Shown piece by piece: positions 43,630 through 52,764 of a DNA stretch of 64,000 nucleotides. The notes beneath the pieces were generated by a model. That model made no database searches, was not told where the DNA came from, and worked only from the letters and a program-made list of their open reading frames with translations. The translations under genes and the position numbers were made by a program. Every line of letters starts with the position of its first letter. The stretch's first letter is position 1. Source of the stretch: Anaerolineales bacterium (lineage in GTDB: Bacteria > Chloroflexota > Anaerolineae > Anaerolineales > DRMV01); assembly GCA_026996855.1 (NCBI GenBank), contig JALWJZ010000005.1, positions 3,656 to 67,655 on the forward strand, given 5' to 3'.

Positions 43630-44421
43630 CTACACGCTGTGGACAAGGTAGGCGGCCAGGAGGGCGCCGAACAAAATGGTGACCAGATTGACCAGGTCGT
43701 TGGTCAGCCAGGGCCACCCTCGGTGGCTTTGGTAAGGGCCGGGGCAGGGGTGCGATTCTCCGGCCTCGAAAATCGAATGGCAACGCGAACAGCGCAGACG
43801 CCCCTGCCAGAAGGCGCCCAGGAGGGAATCCAGCAGGCTGCCTGCCACGCCCACCACGACGAAGAGGAAGAAGAGGCGAAGGGCTTGCGGGGAGGGATGC
43901 AGGGCAACGGCCAGAGCGGCCATGAAACTCGCGCCCAACAGGGACCCGAAAAGGCCCCACGGGGAAACCGCGCCCGAAGTGCCCGGAGGGACGGGCCGAC
44001 CATTGTGCAGGGAATAAGGGGGGCTGGGGCTGCGCATGCCGATTTCGGTGGCCCAGGTGTCGGCCGCGGCCACGGCCAGCCCACCGTGGAGCATGGCCCA
44101 GGCCCTGTCCGGCCCCAACCAGGGACACAGGACCAGGCTTAGCAAGGGGACCAACCCATTGGCCAGCACCTGGCGGGCGGTGCGTCCCGATTTTTCCCCC
44201 GAAGCCCGCCAGCGGGTAAGGACCGAGGAGGTAAAGAAAAAGGCCACCAGGCCCAGGCTCCAGCGCCAGCCTCCCAGGCCGAAGAAGACCAGGCCCAGGA
44301 GAAACGCGACCCGGCCGCCCCCGGGTTGTAGCCAGCCACGAGCACGGCTCCATCCGACGACCCCGCCGGCCAGCAGGGCCGCGACGAGCCATTGGGTGAG
44401 GTTGAGGCTAAAACAGAGCAT
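43630..44421 (-). CDS. DUF92 (TMEM19-like) integral membrane protein
   Basis: Polytopic, with TSSVLTRW, ANGL and AAADTWATEIG motifs. ATG at 44421 overlaps the upstream gene end. Confidence 0.75.
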   Translation of the reverse strand: MLCFSLNLTQWLVAALLAGGVVGWSRARGWLQPGGGRVAFLLGLVFFGLGGWRWSLGLVAFFFTSSVLTRWRASGEKSGRTARQVLANGLVPLLSLVLCPWLGPDRAWAMLHGGLAVAAADTWATEIGMRSPSPPYSLHNGRPVPPGTSGAVSPWGLFGSLLGASFMAALAVALHPSPQALRLFFLFVVVGVAGSLLDSLLGAFWQGRLRCSRCHSIFEAGESHPCPGPYQSHRGWPWLTNDLVNLVTILFGALLAAYLVHSV

Positions 44422-45472
44422 GGAACGCCAGCCAGGCCAGGAAGACCGCCTGCACCGCCGCGCTGCCGAACCACAGGGCCTGCACGTGGGCACGTTTTTG
44501 GACGTGGTAACCGTAGATGCCCAGGGCCAAGTTCAGGCCTACCAGCCAGGCCAGAACCACCAGGACATAGCCGATTTTGAGGGTCAGGGGGTGCCCCTGG
44601 TCGGAAATCCACCACCACAGCAGCACCAAGGCCCCGTTGAGGAGCAGATTGCTCAGCCCGGCTGCGAGGGTGGTACGGTCCTGCAAAAGCGCGGCCGGAA
44701 TGGGGCGGGCCATGACCGCCCCGACGATGGAAAGGTCGGCCTCGGATTTGGGCTGGGTTTCAAGTGGTGTTGGCAGGCCCTGGCCTTCCTCGGTGGAGGG
44801 GGCTTTGGTTTCGGCGATGGTGGCGGTATCCGCGGCTTCTGGCTCTTGGATTGCGGACGTTTCCTCCGGCGCTGCGGGTTTTTGGTCGGTCGCAGGGGGT
44901 TCTGGTTTGGCTGGCGGTAGCCCTGCCGCGGTAGTGGTTTCCACCCAGGCGGCTACCTGGCGCAAAAAGGCCGCGGGCCTGGCCGGGGTGAGCAGCCAGC
45001 AAATCCGTTCCGTTTCCACCAGGACCGGGCGCCCCCCTTGCAGGGCGAAGGCCCGTACCGGGCGCCCTTCTTCGGTGAGGCCCGTGCCGTAGCGCAAGCC
45101 CGGCCACAAGGCAGGGGGCATCTCGACGCGAGAGGGGTAGTCGCGCAGCAACCCGGCCCAGGTCAGGTCTTCCCACGGCAGGAGGTGACGCTCACCGCCC
45201 CACTGGACGTGCAAGCCTTGCTCGTCCAGGCGGTATCGGCTGCGGAGCAGAAGGTACAGTCCGTACCCAAGCCAGGGCAGGGGAAGCAGGGCAACCCCCG
45301 TTGCCACTGCCCACCAAGGGAACCCCTGCCCGGTCTGAACCTGCTCGTATGCATACCAGCCGCTCAGGGCCACACCGGCCAGCAGCACCAGGGTGGCCAG
45401 CGAGTACAGTGCCAGCCACAGGCCCCGGCGGGCGGGGCGGAAGGTTTGCGCAGAGGGCACGTGCTCGGTCAT
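44408..45472 (-). CDS. Hypothetical membrane protein (N-terminal TM pair, soluble domain, Pro/Ala/Glu-rich linker, C-terminal TM bundle)
   Basis: A long ORF with good hydrophobic periodicity and operon context. No motif I can name. Confidence 0.55.
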   Translation of the reverse strand: MTEHVPSAQTFRPARRGLWLALYSLATLVLLAGVALSGWYAYEQVQTGQGFPWWAVATGVALLPLPWLGYGLYLLLRSRYRLDEQGLHVQWGGERHLLPWEDLTWAGLLRDYPSRVEMPPALWPGLRYGTGLTEEGRPVRAFALQGGRPVLVETERICWLLTPARPAAFLRQVAAWVETTTAAGLPPAKPEPPATDQKPAAPEETSAIQEPEAADTATIAETKAPSTEEGQGLPTPLETQPKSEADLSIVGAVMARPIPAALLQDRTTLAAGLSNLLLNGALVLLWWWISDQGHPLTLKIGYVLVVLAWLVGLNLALGIYGYHVQKRAHVQALWFGSAAVQAVFLAWLAFHALF

Positions 45473-45498
45473 GGCGAACTCGCGGGAAGGGGCTTTCC

Positions 45499-46071
45499 TC
45501 AAAGGGAATACAGCCGTCGGCGGACGACGACCCACAGCAGTACGACGTAAACCAACTGCACCAGGGCCCGGTACACGACCTGAATCAAAATGGCAAGGCC
45601 GGGGAACTCAACCTCTGGGTTGAACAGGGCAGTCAGGCCCACGAAAAAGGCAACGAGCCAGCCTTCGACCTCCACCAGAAACGGAAACAGGCCGCCAATT
45701 CCCAGGCCCAGGGTGATGGTCCAGTAGGGACGCCGCCCCGGTCCAGGTTTGAGGCGGAGCAAGACTTCGCTTACCAGGTAAGCCCACAAGGGTGTGAGGA
45801 AAATCAGCCACAGGCCCAGGGCCGGCAGTATCCACCCGCCCAGCGCGGCCAGAAGCGCGGCCACCAGACCCAGGAGCAACGCTTTTCCCCATCCGGCTTT
45901 TTCGAAGGTCCGTTGAAGGTCCGCCACGCACGCTTTGCAACGGTACCCCGTAGGCACCAGAATCAAACATTCGGTGCACATGGGGCGATTGCACCGATTG
46001 CATCGGAGCAGGGTCTCCCGTTCCGGGTGAAAGGTGCAGTACAGGGTCACGGAGTCGGAGGAAGCGGCCAC
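45499..46071 (-). CDS. B-box-type zinc-finger membrane protein
   Basis: CTFHPERETLLRCNRCNRPMCTECL..YRCKAC followed by several TM helices. Confidence 0.6.
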   Translation of the reverse strand: MAASSDSVTLYCTFHPERETLLRCNRCNRPMCTECLILVPTGYRCKACVADLQRTFEKAGWGKALLLGLVAALLAALGGWILPALGLWLIFLTPLWAYLVSEVLLRLKPGPGRRPYWTITLGLGIGGLFPFLVEVEGWLVAFFVGLTALFNPEVEFPGLAILIQVVYRALVQLVYVVLLWVVVRRRLYSL

Positions 46072-46193
46072 AAAGAACCCTCCGGTTTTGGGGTGTGGGG
46101 CTATGATACCACGCTGCGGTATACTAACAACCGGTCAGGCCCCGGTCCCGGTTGGGGCCGGAGACCATCGAACGCAACCAAGGGAGGTGTTTC

Positions 46194-47132
46194 ATGCCGT
46201 CGTGGTGGAATCGTTGGCGAGATGGGCTGGCCCGGACGCGCAAGGTGACCTTTGGACGCCTGGCGCAGATGCTGGGCGCCACGGACATCACCGAGGAGAC
46301 CTGGGAGACCATCGAAGCCATGCTCATCCAGGCCGATGTGGGTGTGGAACGGACCCTGGAGGTGGTGGACCGGTTGCGGGAGCGGGTGCGGAAGGAAGGC
46401 ATCACCCGCACCGACGAGTTGTGGCCCTTGCTTCGGGAAGAACTGCTGCGCTTGTTGCGTCAGCCGCCGACCATCCGCTATGCTTCCAGGCCCACGGTCA
46501 TCCTGGTGGTGGGGGTGAACGGTTCGGGCAAGACCACCACCATTGCCAAACTGGCCCGGTACTTCCAGAAGGAGTTGGGCAAGTCCGTACTTCTGGTGGC
46601 GGCCGATACCTTCCGGGCCGCGGCGATGGACCAACTCAAAACCTGGGGTGAACGCCTGGGCGTACCCGTGATTGCCTCGCAGCCCGGCGCGGACCCCGGC
46701 GCGGTGGTGTACGATGGGTTGCAGGCGGCCCAGAAGCGAGGAGTGGACATCGTGCTGGTGGATACGGCCGGCCGTTTGCACACCCGGTACAACCTGATGG
46801 AAGAGTTGAAAAAGGTGCGCCGGGTGGCGGGGAAAGTGATTCCGGGCGCACCGCATCACGTGTGGCTGGTCATGGATGCCACCACGGGCCAGAACGCGCT
46901 GCAACAGGCCAAGGCCTTCAAGGAGGCGGTGGGGGTGACGGGCATCGTGCTGGCCAAACTGGACTCCTCGGCCAAGGGTGGCATGGTGTTCGCCATTCAA
47001 CGGGATTTGAACCTGCCCGTTTTGTTCGTGGGCCTTGGGGAAAAGCCAGAAGACCTGGCCGTGTTCGACCCGCAGGCTTTCGTGGACGGCCTGTTAGGGG
47101 AAGAGCCTATGCGGGAAAGCGCTTCCCCTTGA
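46194..47132 (+). CDS. ftsY: Signal recognition particle receptor FtsY
   Basis: NG domain: GVNGSGKTTTIAKL, DTAGRL and LAKLDSSAKGG. RBS ggagg before ATG 46194. Confidence 0.95.
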   Translation: MPSWWNRWRDGLARTRKVTFGRLAQMLGATDITEETWETIEAMLIQADVGVERTLEVVDRLRERVRKEGITRTDELWPLLREELLRLLRQPPTIRYASRPTVILVVGVNGSGKTTTIAKLARYFQKELGKSVLLVAADTFRAAAMDQLKTWGERLGVPVIASQPGADPGAVVYDGLQAAQKRGVDIVLVDTAGRLHTRYNLMEELKKVRRVAGKVIPGAPHHVWLVMDATTGQNALQQAKAFKEAVGVTGIVLAKLDSSAKGGMVFAIQRDLNLPVLFVGLGEKPEDLAVFDPQAFVDGLLGEEPMRESASP

Positions 47133-47172
47133 CTCAGTGTGGAAGGTTGCCATTTCGATGGCTATGGAGGTT

Positions 47173-47207
47173 GGAAAACCTGAAGGCCCGGCCAATGCCG
47201 GGCCTTC
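47173..47207 (-). terminator. Terminator hairpin between convergent ftsY and the cytochrome gene
   Basis: Perfect 11-bp stem gaaggcccggc-caat-gccgggccttc, followed on the minus strand by agguuuucc. Confidence 0.55.
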
Positions 47208-47255
47208 GCTGTGTGGGAGGTGGGAAGGTGCCCAGCACCGCTAAGGGAACTCCGA

Positions 47256-48782
47256 TCAACGTCGGCGCAAACTCGATACGCCGAAAAGCCACAAGCCGCC
47301 GACCAGAAGCAGGTTGGTCGTGAGCAGCCCCGAAGATATGAAATCGTTTTTGGCATCGCCGGCGAAGGCGATGCTGTGGTTTCCACGGAAACCGTGGTCG
47401 TCGTCGTCTTCGTCCTCGTCCTCGTGGTCATCGTCGTCTTCATGGTCGTCTTCGTCCTCGTACTCGCCATCGTCTTCGTGGTCGTCATCGTCTTCACGGT
47501 CGTCGCCGTGGCCGTCGTGTTCATCACCGTTGGCGTGGCAAGAAACGCATTTACCGACGAAGTCCACGATGCCCTCTTCCTGGTGTTCGGCGACCAATTT
47601 GTTCATGTCGTGGCACGTGGTGCATGTGTAGCCGTCCGTGCCGCTGGGATGGCAAACACTGCATTCACCGTTGGCCCCGCCGTGGTCGATGGGGAAAGTG
47701 TGGTCGAAGCGGGCGGGCTTCCAGGCGGTGGTGGAGTGGCAGGAGGAGCACTGCCCCTGGAAGTGGTTGGGGGGTCGGTCCTGGGCGTGGCAGGCCTGGC
47801 AGTCGGTGGCGTTGGCGGCCTGGTGGTCGAAGCGGGCGGGCTTCCAGGCGGTGGTGGAGTGGCAGGAGGAGCACTGCCCCTGGAAGTGGTTGGGGGGTCG
47901 GTCTTGGGCGTGGCAGGCCTGGCAGTCGGTGGCGTTGGCGGCCTGGTGGTCGAAGCGGGCGGGCTTCCAGGCGGTGGTGGAGTGGCACAGGGAGCACTCC
48001 ATGTTCCAGTGGTTGGGTGGTTGGTCCTGGGTATGACAACCCAGGCATGTGTCGTTGGTGCCAGCAAACCGACCGCCTGCGTGACAAGATTCACAGGCCA
48101 GGGTCCCATGCGCTCCCGTAAGAGGGAAGAATTGTTGGTGCCTTTGGACGAACTCTGTGGGAAAAGCCACGGGCATGGGTGTGGTCCACGGGGTGGCGGT
48201 CGTCTGGGGTTTTGGCGCCGCGCTGGGGGCGACATTTTCCTCTTGGGGCGAGGGTAGGGGTGCTTGCAGCACGGCCAGGATGCCTCTGGCGTCCCGGCGC
48301 GGGAGGCTTTGAGCCGTCTGGATGCTTTCCAGAACGGCTTCGACTTTGGCTCTGGCCTGACGCCACAGTTCGGGCTGTTGCCGCGGAAGGAAACGGAAGC
48401 GGTCCAGTGCCTTCAGGGCACGTCGGTTCAGGCGCGTCCATTGCTCGCGGTATGCCGGCCATTCCTCTTCCGGGACGTGTATCAAATATTGCACGGTAAA
48501 GCGTAGCGCCTGGTCGTAGGCGCGCAAAGCGGTTTCCTCCCGTGACGTTCCCGCGGTTTCTTCCAGCCAAACCACGTGCCGGGCCAGATACTGCAAGGCC
48601 AGACGGGCCCGCATACCCCCCGGATGCACCTGTATCCAACCCTGGGTTATCCGGTTTTGGATGGGATACAGGGCATGGCCGGGCGCGGCCGGTTGGACGT
48701 ATGCCAGCACCGCCCCGGTTCCACCAAAAAGGGCTGCAACGAGCAGGAAAACGGCGGCACATCCCGCGAACCAGCGACGCAT
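47256..48782 (-). CDS. Membrane-anchored decaheme c-type cytochrome with an N-terminal DUF5667-like region, an acidic/His-rich tract and a C-terminal TM plus RRR
   Basis: 10 CxxCH motifs. N-terminal TM. Helical region LYPIQNRITQGW... parallels the anti-sigma-like protein at 51060. The tail DEHDGHGDDREDDDDHEDD... is followed by LLTTNLLLVGGLWLFGVSSLRRR. Confidence 0.85.
   Translation of the reverse strand: MRRWFAGCAAVFLLVAALFGGTGAVLAYVQPAAPGHALYPIQNRITQGWIQVHPGGMRARLALQYLARHVVWLEETAGTSREETALRAYDQALRFTVQYLIHVPEEEWPAYREQWTRLNRRALKALDRFRFLPRQQPELWRQARAKVEAVLESIQTAQSLPRRDARGILAVLQAPLPSPQEENVAPSAAPKPQTTATPWTTPMPVAFPTEFVQRHQQFFPLTGAHGTLACESCHAGGRFAGTNDTCLGCHTQDQPPNHWNMECSLCHSTTAWKPARFDHQAANATDCQACHAQDRPPNHFQGQCSSCHSTTAWKPARFDHQAANATDCQACHAQDRPPNHFQGQCSSCHSTTAWKPARFDHTFPIDHGGANGECSVCHPSGTDGYTCTTCHDMNKLVAEHQEEGIVDFVGKCVSCHANGDEHDGHGDDREDDDDHEDDGEYEDEDDHEDDDDHEDEDEDDDDHGFRGNHSIAFAGDAKNDFISSGLLTTNLLLVGGLWLFGVSSLRRR
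47701..47990 (-). repeat. 123-bp (41-codon) tandem repeat inside the decaheme cytochrome gene
   Basis: Units start at 47701, 47824 and 47947. The first two differ by a single nucleotide. Each encodes a two-heme unit, STTAWKPARFDHQAANATDCQACHAQDRPPNHFQGQCSSCH. Confidence 0.85.
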
Positions 48783-48892
48783 ATCCTCCCTCCTTTTCTT
48801 GTGTCGTGTTTGTAAGCCGGGGCAAAGGTTCGGTCACTTTTCCGATCGGGATACCTCTTCAGACGGTTTCACCCCGGAAAAGTCGCGCACGT

Positions 48893-50347
48893 TCATTCTG
48901 ACCGTCGCCCATGAGGATGGCACGAGGCACACCGGGGGAATTCGTCGGCCGAAACCTCCACGCCTTGATGTTGATTTCGAACCTCCTCCGGCGTGTGGGC
49001 GTGGCACCCGTAGCAGGTGTAGTCCGTATACCGGTTGTTGGGGTGGCACAGGTTGCAGGCCGAGGGCCCCGGCGCGCCGTGGTTCAGGGGGAAGTTGTGG
49101 ACGCGTAAGAAGGCCGGTGCCCAGCCCTGGGCGGTGTGGCAGTAGTGGCACTGCCTTCCAAACAGGCCCTGGTGCAGCGCGGGTTCCTCGTGACAGGATG
49201 CACACTCTCGTGGCGTACCCGGAAACCGAAAATTTTGATGGCAGGCCGTGCATACCAGGCTGCTGTGCGCGCCTTCCAGCGGAAAGACCTGGGCGTGGTC
49301 GAAGTCGGCCATTCGGTCCGCGCCGTCGTGACATTCCAGGCAAGGGGGACCGTAGCGGGCCTTGTGGGCCTGCATGAAGGCGGGGTCCCGTTGGCTGTGG
49401 CAGGTTTCACAAGAGGCAGCCAGGAAGGCAAACCCCCGGGAGTTTTCGTGGCACGCGGTGCACGCAATGACCTGCCCGGTTTTCGGGTCGCGACGGTGAC
49501 GCACCAGGCGAAACCGCAGGGCCTCGTGGTCGAAGGACTGGTCCTGCCAACGGGCAGGACGCCATCCCTGTTCGGTATGGCACCGGTCGCATGTTTCGGG
49601 GAACAGGCCACGGTGGACCTCGGGCTCGTCATGGCATCCCCGGCATGTCGTGGGCGTCTCCGTGAATCTTCCCCCTGGGTGACACTGGGCACAACCGGCC
49701 CATTGGTGTTTCCCTCGCAGGGGGAAGGCCGTTCGTGCGTGGTCGAAGTCGGTCATGCGGTCCGTGCCGTTATGGCATGTCAGGCAGGAACCCGGAAACT
49801 CTTGCACGTGCCGGGCCATGAAATCGGGCTGTCCCCGTTGATGACAGTCGTGGCATCGTTGTTCGATGGGTTCCACCGCGTCCACCGGCCAGGTGGGGTG
49901 GCAGGCCTCGCAAGAAAGAGGGCGCAGGTCGAAATCGATGAAGTGCTTGGTCAAGGCAAAATCCGTGGCCCGGTCGTGGTCCAGGACCTGGCGAGCCGGT
50001 TCCAGCATGTCGAAATGCCGGCCCCGGTGGTCGGGGTGACAGCGGCGGCAATGGTTGGGTTCCTGCACTCGCGCGTGCAGTCCCTGGCTTTGCCATTCCG
50101 CGCGAATGTCCTCGTGGCACTGGGTACAGAGGTCGGCCTGGGGTTGCGGGGGACGGTGGCAGGCCTGGCATCGGTCTTCCAGGTCGGCATGGTGCGATAC
50201 ACCCCCCAAGGTCCTCCCACGGACCTGCTGGGTGCTCAGGGGCCCAGGGCTGAAGGCTCTCTGGCCCTGCCAGAGCCAAATCCCGATCAGAACGAGGAAG
50301 GCCAGCAGGATACTTCCACAACCAAACAACCGAGAGGCCTGTCGCAT
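48893..50347 (-). CDS. Multiheme c-type cytochrome (18 CxxCH) with an N-terminal signal anchor
   Basis: 18 CxxCH motifs counted. N-terminus MRQASRLFGCGSILLAFLVLIGIWLW. RBS aagaagg. Paralogous to 55094-56347. Confidence 0.85.
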   Translation of the reverse strand: MRQASRLFGCGSILLAFLVLIGIWLWQGQRAFSPGPLSTQQVRGRTLGGVSHHADLEDRCQACHRPPQPQADLCTQCHEDIRAEWQSQGLHARVQEPNHCRRCHPDHRGRHFDMLEPARQVLDHDRATDFALTKHFIDFDLRPLSCEACHPTWPVDAVEPIEQRCHDCHQRGQPDFMARHVQEFPGSCLTCHNGTDRMTDFDHARTAFPLRGKHQWAGCAQCHPGGRFTETPTTCRGCHDEPEVHRGLFPETCDRCHTEQGWRPARWQDQSFDHEALRFRLVRHRRDPKTGQVIACTACHENSRGFAFLAASCETCHSQRDPAFMQAHKARYGPPCLECHDGADRMADFDHAQVFPLEGAHSSLVCTACHQNFRFPGTPRECASCHEEPALHQGLFGRQCHYCHTAQGWAPAFLRVHNFPLNHGAPGPSACNLCHPNNRYTDYTCYGCHAHTPEEVRNQHQGVEVSADEFPRCASCHPHGRRSE

Positions 50348-50362
50348 GGTGCTTGCCTTCTT

Positions 50363-50389
50363 GAAACATTGCGCGAAGCGCAATGTTTT
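50363..50389. promoter_or_regulatory. Palindrome next to the Shine-Dalgarno of the 18-heme cytochrome gene (operator or 5'-UTR hairpin)
   Basis: gaaacattgcgc-gaa-gcgcaatgtttt, 16 nt upstream of the start codon, in the divergent sigma/cytochrome intergenic region. Confidence 0.35.
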
Positions 50390-50514
50390 CTACCCACAAT
50401 AGACGCCCGAAAGGGCGAAAAGTTGCGTGCCATTGTGGGACGGTGGAGGGGTTATAATTCGTGCAACCTTTGCGCGGATTCCTCGTCTTAACCCATACAA
50501 CCGAGAAGACGCCG

Positions 50515-51063
50515 GTGGCGAACATAGACGAGACTCGCTTGTTAGAACAGGCTCGTGCCTGGGACGAACGGGCGTTGTTGGAAATTTACGACGCTTTCCG
50601 TCCTGGTTTGTACCGTTATGCCTACCGCCTGCTGGGGCAGACCGAGGCTGCAGAAGAGTGTGTGGCCGATGTGTTCGCGCGCTTTTTGGTGGCGCTGCGT
50701 CGGGGCAAAGGACCGAAACGGAGCCTGCGGGCCTATCTGTACCGCATGGTGTTCAACTGGACCCAGGACCGTTTCCGAGAACGAGACCCTCACGTCATCG
50801 ATGAGCATCTCGAGCGTACGCTGAAGACACCACACGCCACGCCGGAAGACGAAGCCTTGCGCCGGGAGCGGGCCGAGCGTCTTCGGGCTGCCCTGCACCA
50901 ACTGCCACCCCGCCAGGCCCAGGTGCTGGCCCTGCGTTTCCTGGAAGGTTTTTCCCTGGAAGAGGTGGCTGAAGTCCTGGATACTTCGGTATCGGCCGTG
51001 AAATCGTTGCAGCATCGCGGGATGGCGCAGTTACGACGTCTGTTGCAAAGCCAAGAAGGATGA
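50515..51063 (+). CDS. ECF-type RNA polymerase sigma-70 family factor
   Basis: Region 2 (LEIYDAFRPGLYRYAYRLLG, VADVFARF) and region 4 (LPPRQAQVLALRFLEGFSLEEVAEVLDTSVSAVKSLQHRG). Start uncertain: GTG 50515 gives ~182 aa, and track ORF start 50461 lies right at a TATAAT box. Confidence 0.85.
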   Translation: MANIDETRLLEQARAWDERALLEIYDAFRPGLYRYAYRLLGQTEAAEECVADVFARFLVALRRGKGPKRSLRAYLYRMVFNWTQDRFRERDPHVIDEHLERTLKTPHATPEDEALRRERAERLRAALHQLPPRQAQVLALRFLEGFSLEEVAEVLDTSVSAVKSLQHRGMAQLRRLLQSQEG

Positions 51064-52394
51064 ACGCCCCCAGACGACCCTTCACCAAGGACCTGGACCC
51101 GGAACTCGCAGCCTATTTCCGGGCACTGGCCGAGGAGGATGTCCCCGAGCCGGAACCGCGGCGCGTGCGGGAGGCCCGCCGTCGCTATCGGGACCTGGTG
51201 CGGGAGTTGCGCCCCCGTCGGCCCTGGTGGCAGCGGATGTGGGGGGCGCCCCTGGCCGTGAGGTGGGCCGCGATGGCCCTGACGCTGTTGCTCCTGCTAT
51301 GGGGCAGCGGCGTCGCGGTGGTTCAGGCCGCGGAGCGGGCCATGCCCGGTTCGCCTCTGTATGCCGTCAAGCGCTGGCACGAGGCGCTTTTGTTGCGGAA
51401 GGCCCGCACGCCCCAAGAAAAGGCCCGGCTGCATCGAACCTTCGCCTATCGCCGGGTGCAGGAATTGAACGACCTCCTGGCCCAGGGCCGTCAGGAGGAA
51501 GCCCGGGCCCTGCTGGGAGATTTGCTCCTCCATGTGGATGCCCTGGCCCGGATGGTACCCCAAGCCCCGGAAGCCGTGCCGCGTTCTTTGACCGCCCAGG
51601 TGGAAGGCATCGCCGTTCGCGTGGACCCTTCTCACCGGGAAATCCTCCTGCGGGTGCTCAATGACCTTTATCAGGGGCGCCGTCTGGTTGGTGAACTGAA
51701 GCAGCGGCAGGGCACGACCTGGGCCGTGGATGGCGTGACCGTGGAAGTCGGCCCCGACACCCTCATTCAAGGTCTGCCGCGGGTGGGCGATGTGGTCGAA
51801 GTAGTAGGGCAGCCCGTGGATGCTCAGCGCTGGCGAGCGCGGTGGATTCGGCCCATCGCGCGCGGGGTCCAACAAGACGGCGTTTCCCCTTCGGCCATGA
51901 CCCTGGTAGGCCGGTTGGAAAAAACGGCTCAGGGCTGGCAAATCGAGGGTGTTGTCTTCGTGGTGAAGGACGCAACCCTGGCGCAGCAACTTGAGGAAGG
52001 TCGATTGGTCGAGGTCGCGTTGCAATGGAATGCCCGAACCCGGCAATGGGAGGCCGTGCACATCGAACCGAAAACCGCTTACCGGGGTCGTTATCAGGAA
52101 CGGACGGGCCGCCTGGAGGCCCTGGAACCCGACCGCATCAAGGTCGATGGAACGTGGTGGCCCCTTTCCCCGGATGCCGAAAAGGAAGGTGTGTTGCTCC
52201 CCGGTATCGTGGTAGAAGTGGAACTGTGGCAGGATGCCCAGGGCCGTTGGGTGGTGGTGGAGGTGGAACCTTTCCATGAAGAAGATGAGGAAGTGCGCGA
52301 CTCCGAATCTTACGAAGATGAAGAGCATGACGAAGACGATGAAGGCCATGAGAAGCCCAAAAAACACAAAGAACACGAGAACGAGGATGAGTGA
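51060..52394 (+). CDS. Anti-sigma-like single-pass membrane protein: DUF5667-like region, three beta-rich (DUF5666-like) repeats, acidic/His-rich tail
   Basis: ATGA overlap with the sigma gene. One TM (WAAMALTLLLLLWGSGVAVV). Three ~55-aa repeats each end in ...VEVE/IEP. Tail EEDEEVRDSESYEDEEHDEDDEGHEKPKKHKEHENEDE. Confidence 0.6.
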   Translation: MNAPRRPFTKDLDPELAAYFRALAEEDVPEPEPRRVREARRRYRDLVRELRPRRPWWQRMWGAPLAVRWAAMALTLLLLLWGSGVAVVQAAERAMPGSPLYAVKRWHEALLLRKARTPQEKARLHRTFAYRRVQELNDLLAQGRQEEARALLGDLLLHVDALARMVPQAPEAVPRSLTAQVEGIAVRVDPSHREILLRVLNDLYQGRRLVGELKQRQGTTWAVDGVTVEVGPDTLIQGLPRVGDVVEVVGQPVDAQRWRARWIRPIARGVQQDGVSPSAMTLVGRLEKTAQGWQIEGVVFVVKDATLAQQLEEGRLVEVALQWNARTRQWEAVHIEPKTAYRGRYQERTGRLEALEPDRIKVDGTWWPLSPDAEKEGVLLPGIVVEVELWQDAQGRWVVVEVEPFHEEDEEVRDSESYEDEEHDEDDEGHEKPKKHKEHENEDE

Positions 52395-52397
52395 GCC

Positions 52398-52655
52398 ATG
52401 AAATTATGGAAAACATTGCAAGCCTTGCTTTTGCAACAAAAAGCCCGTATGGAAGGCGTGGTGGTGCCGGACAATATGCGTTGTGTCCAGTGCGGTATCT
52501 GTTCCTACAACTGTCCCATCGGCATCGACGTGCGTCGTTATGCCTGGGAGGGTCGCCCCATTCGGGACCAATACTGCGTGACCTGTGGGGAATGTGTGGC
52601 CCGCTGTCCGCGTGGGGTGCTGCACTTCGAGACTTTGACCTCTACGTTGCGTTGA
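52398..52655 (+). CDS. 2x[4Fe-4S] ferredoxin-type protein
   Basis: CVQCGICSYNCP and CVTCGECVARCP. Starts 4 nt after the anti-sigma-like gene. Confidence 0.8.
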   Translation: MKLWKTLQALLLQQKARMEGVVVPDNMRCVQCGICSYNCPIGIDVRRYAWEGRPIRDQYCVTCGECVARCPRGVLHFETLTSTLR

Positions 52656-52764
52656 ACTTCCCTTGCTTGCGCGACCTTTTCCCTGTCTTGCCGTCTCTTT
52701 CCTCTGGAAGAATTGTCTGCCTTTCCCACGTTTTGTGGACAGCCTTTCCATGGTGGGGTGACGC

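Noticed and set aside
47394-47531. Periodic gtcgtc/ttcgtc/gtcatc DNA that looks like a simple-sequence repeat
   Set aside because: It is the coding sequence, on the minus strand, of the Asp/Glu/His-rich tail of the decaheme cytochrome and is in frame with it. It is reported as a protein feature rather than a DNA repeat.
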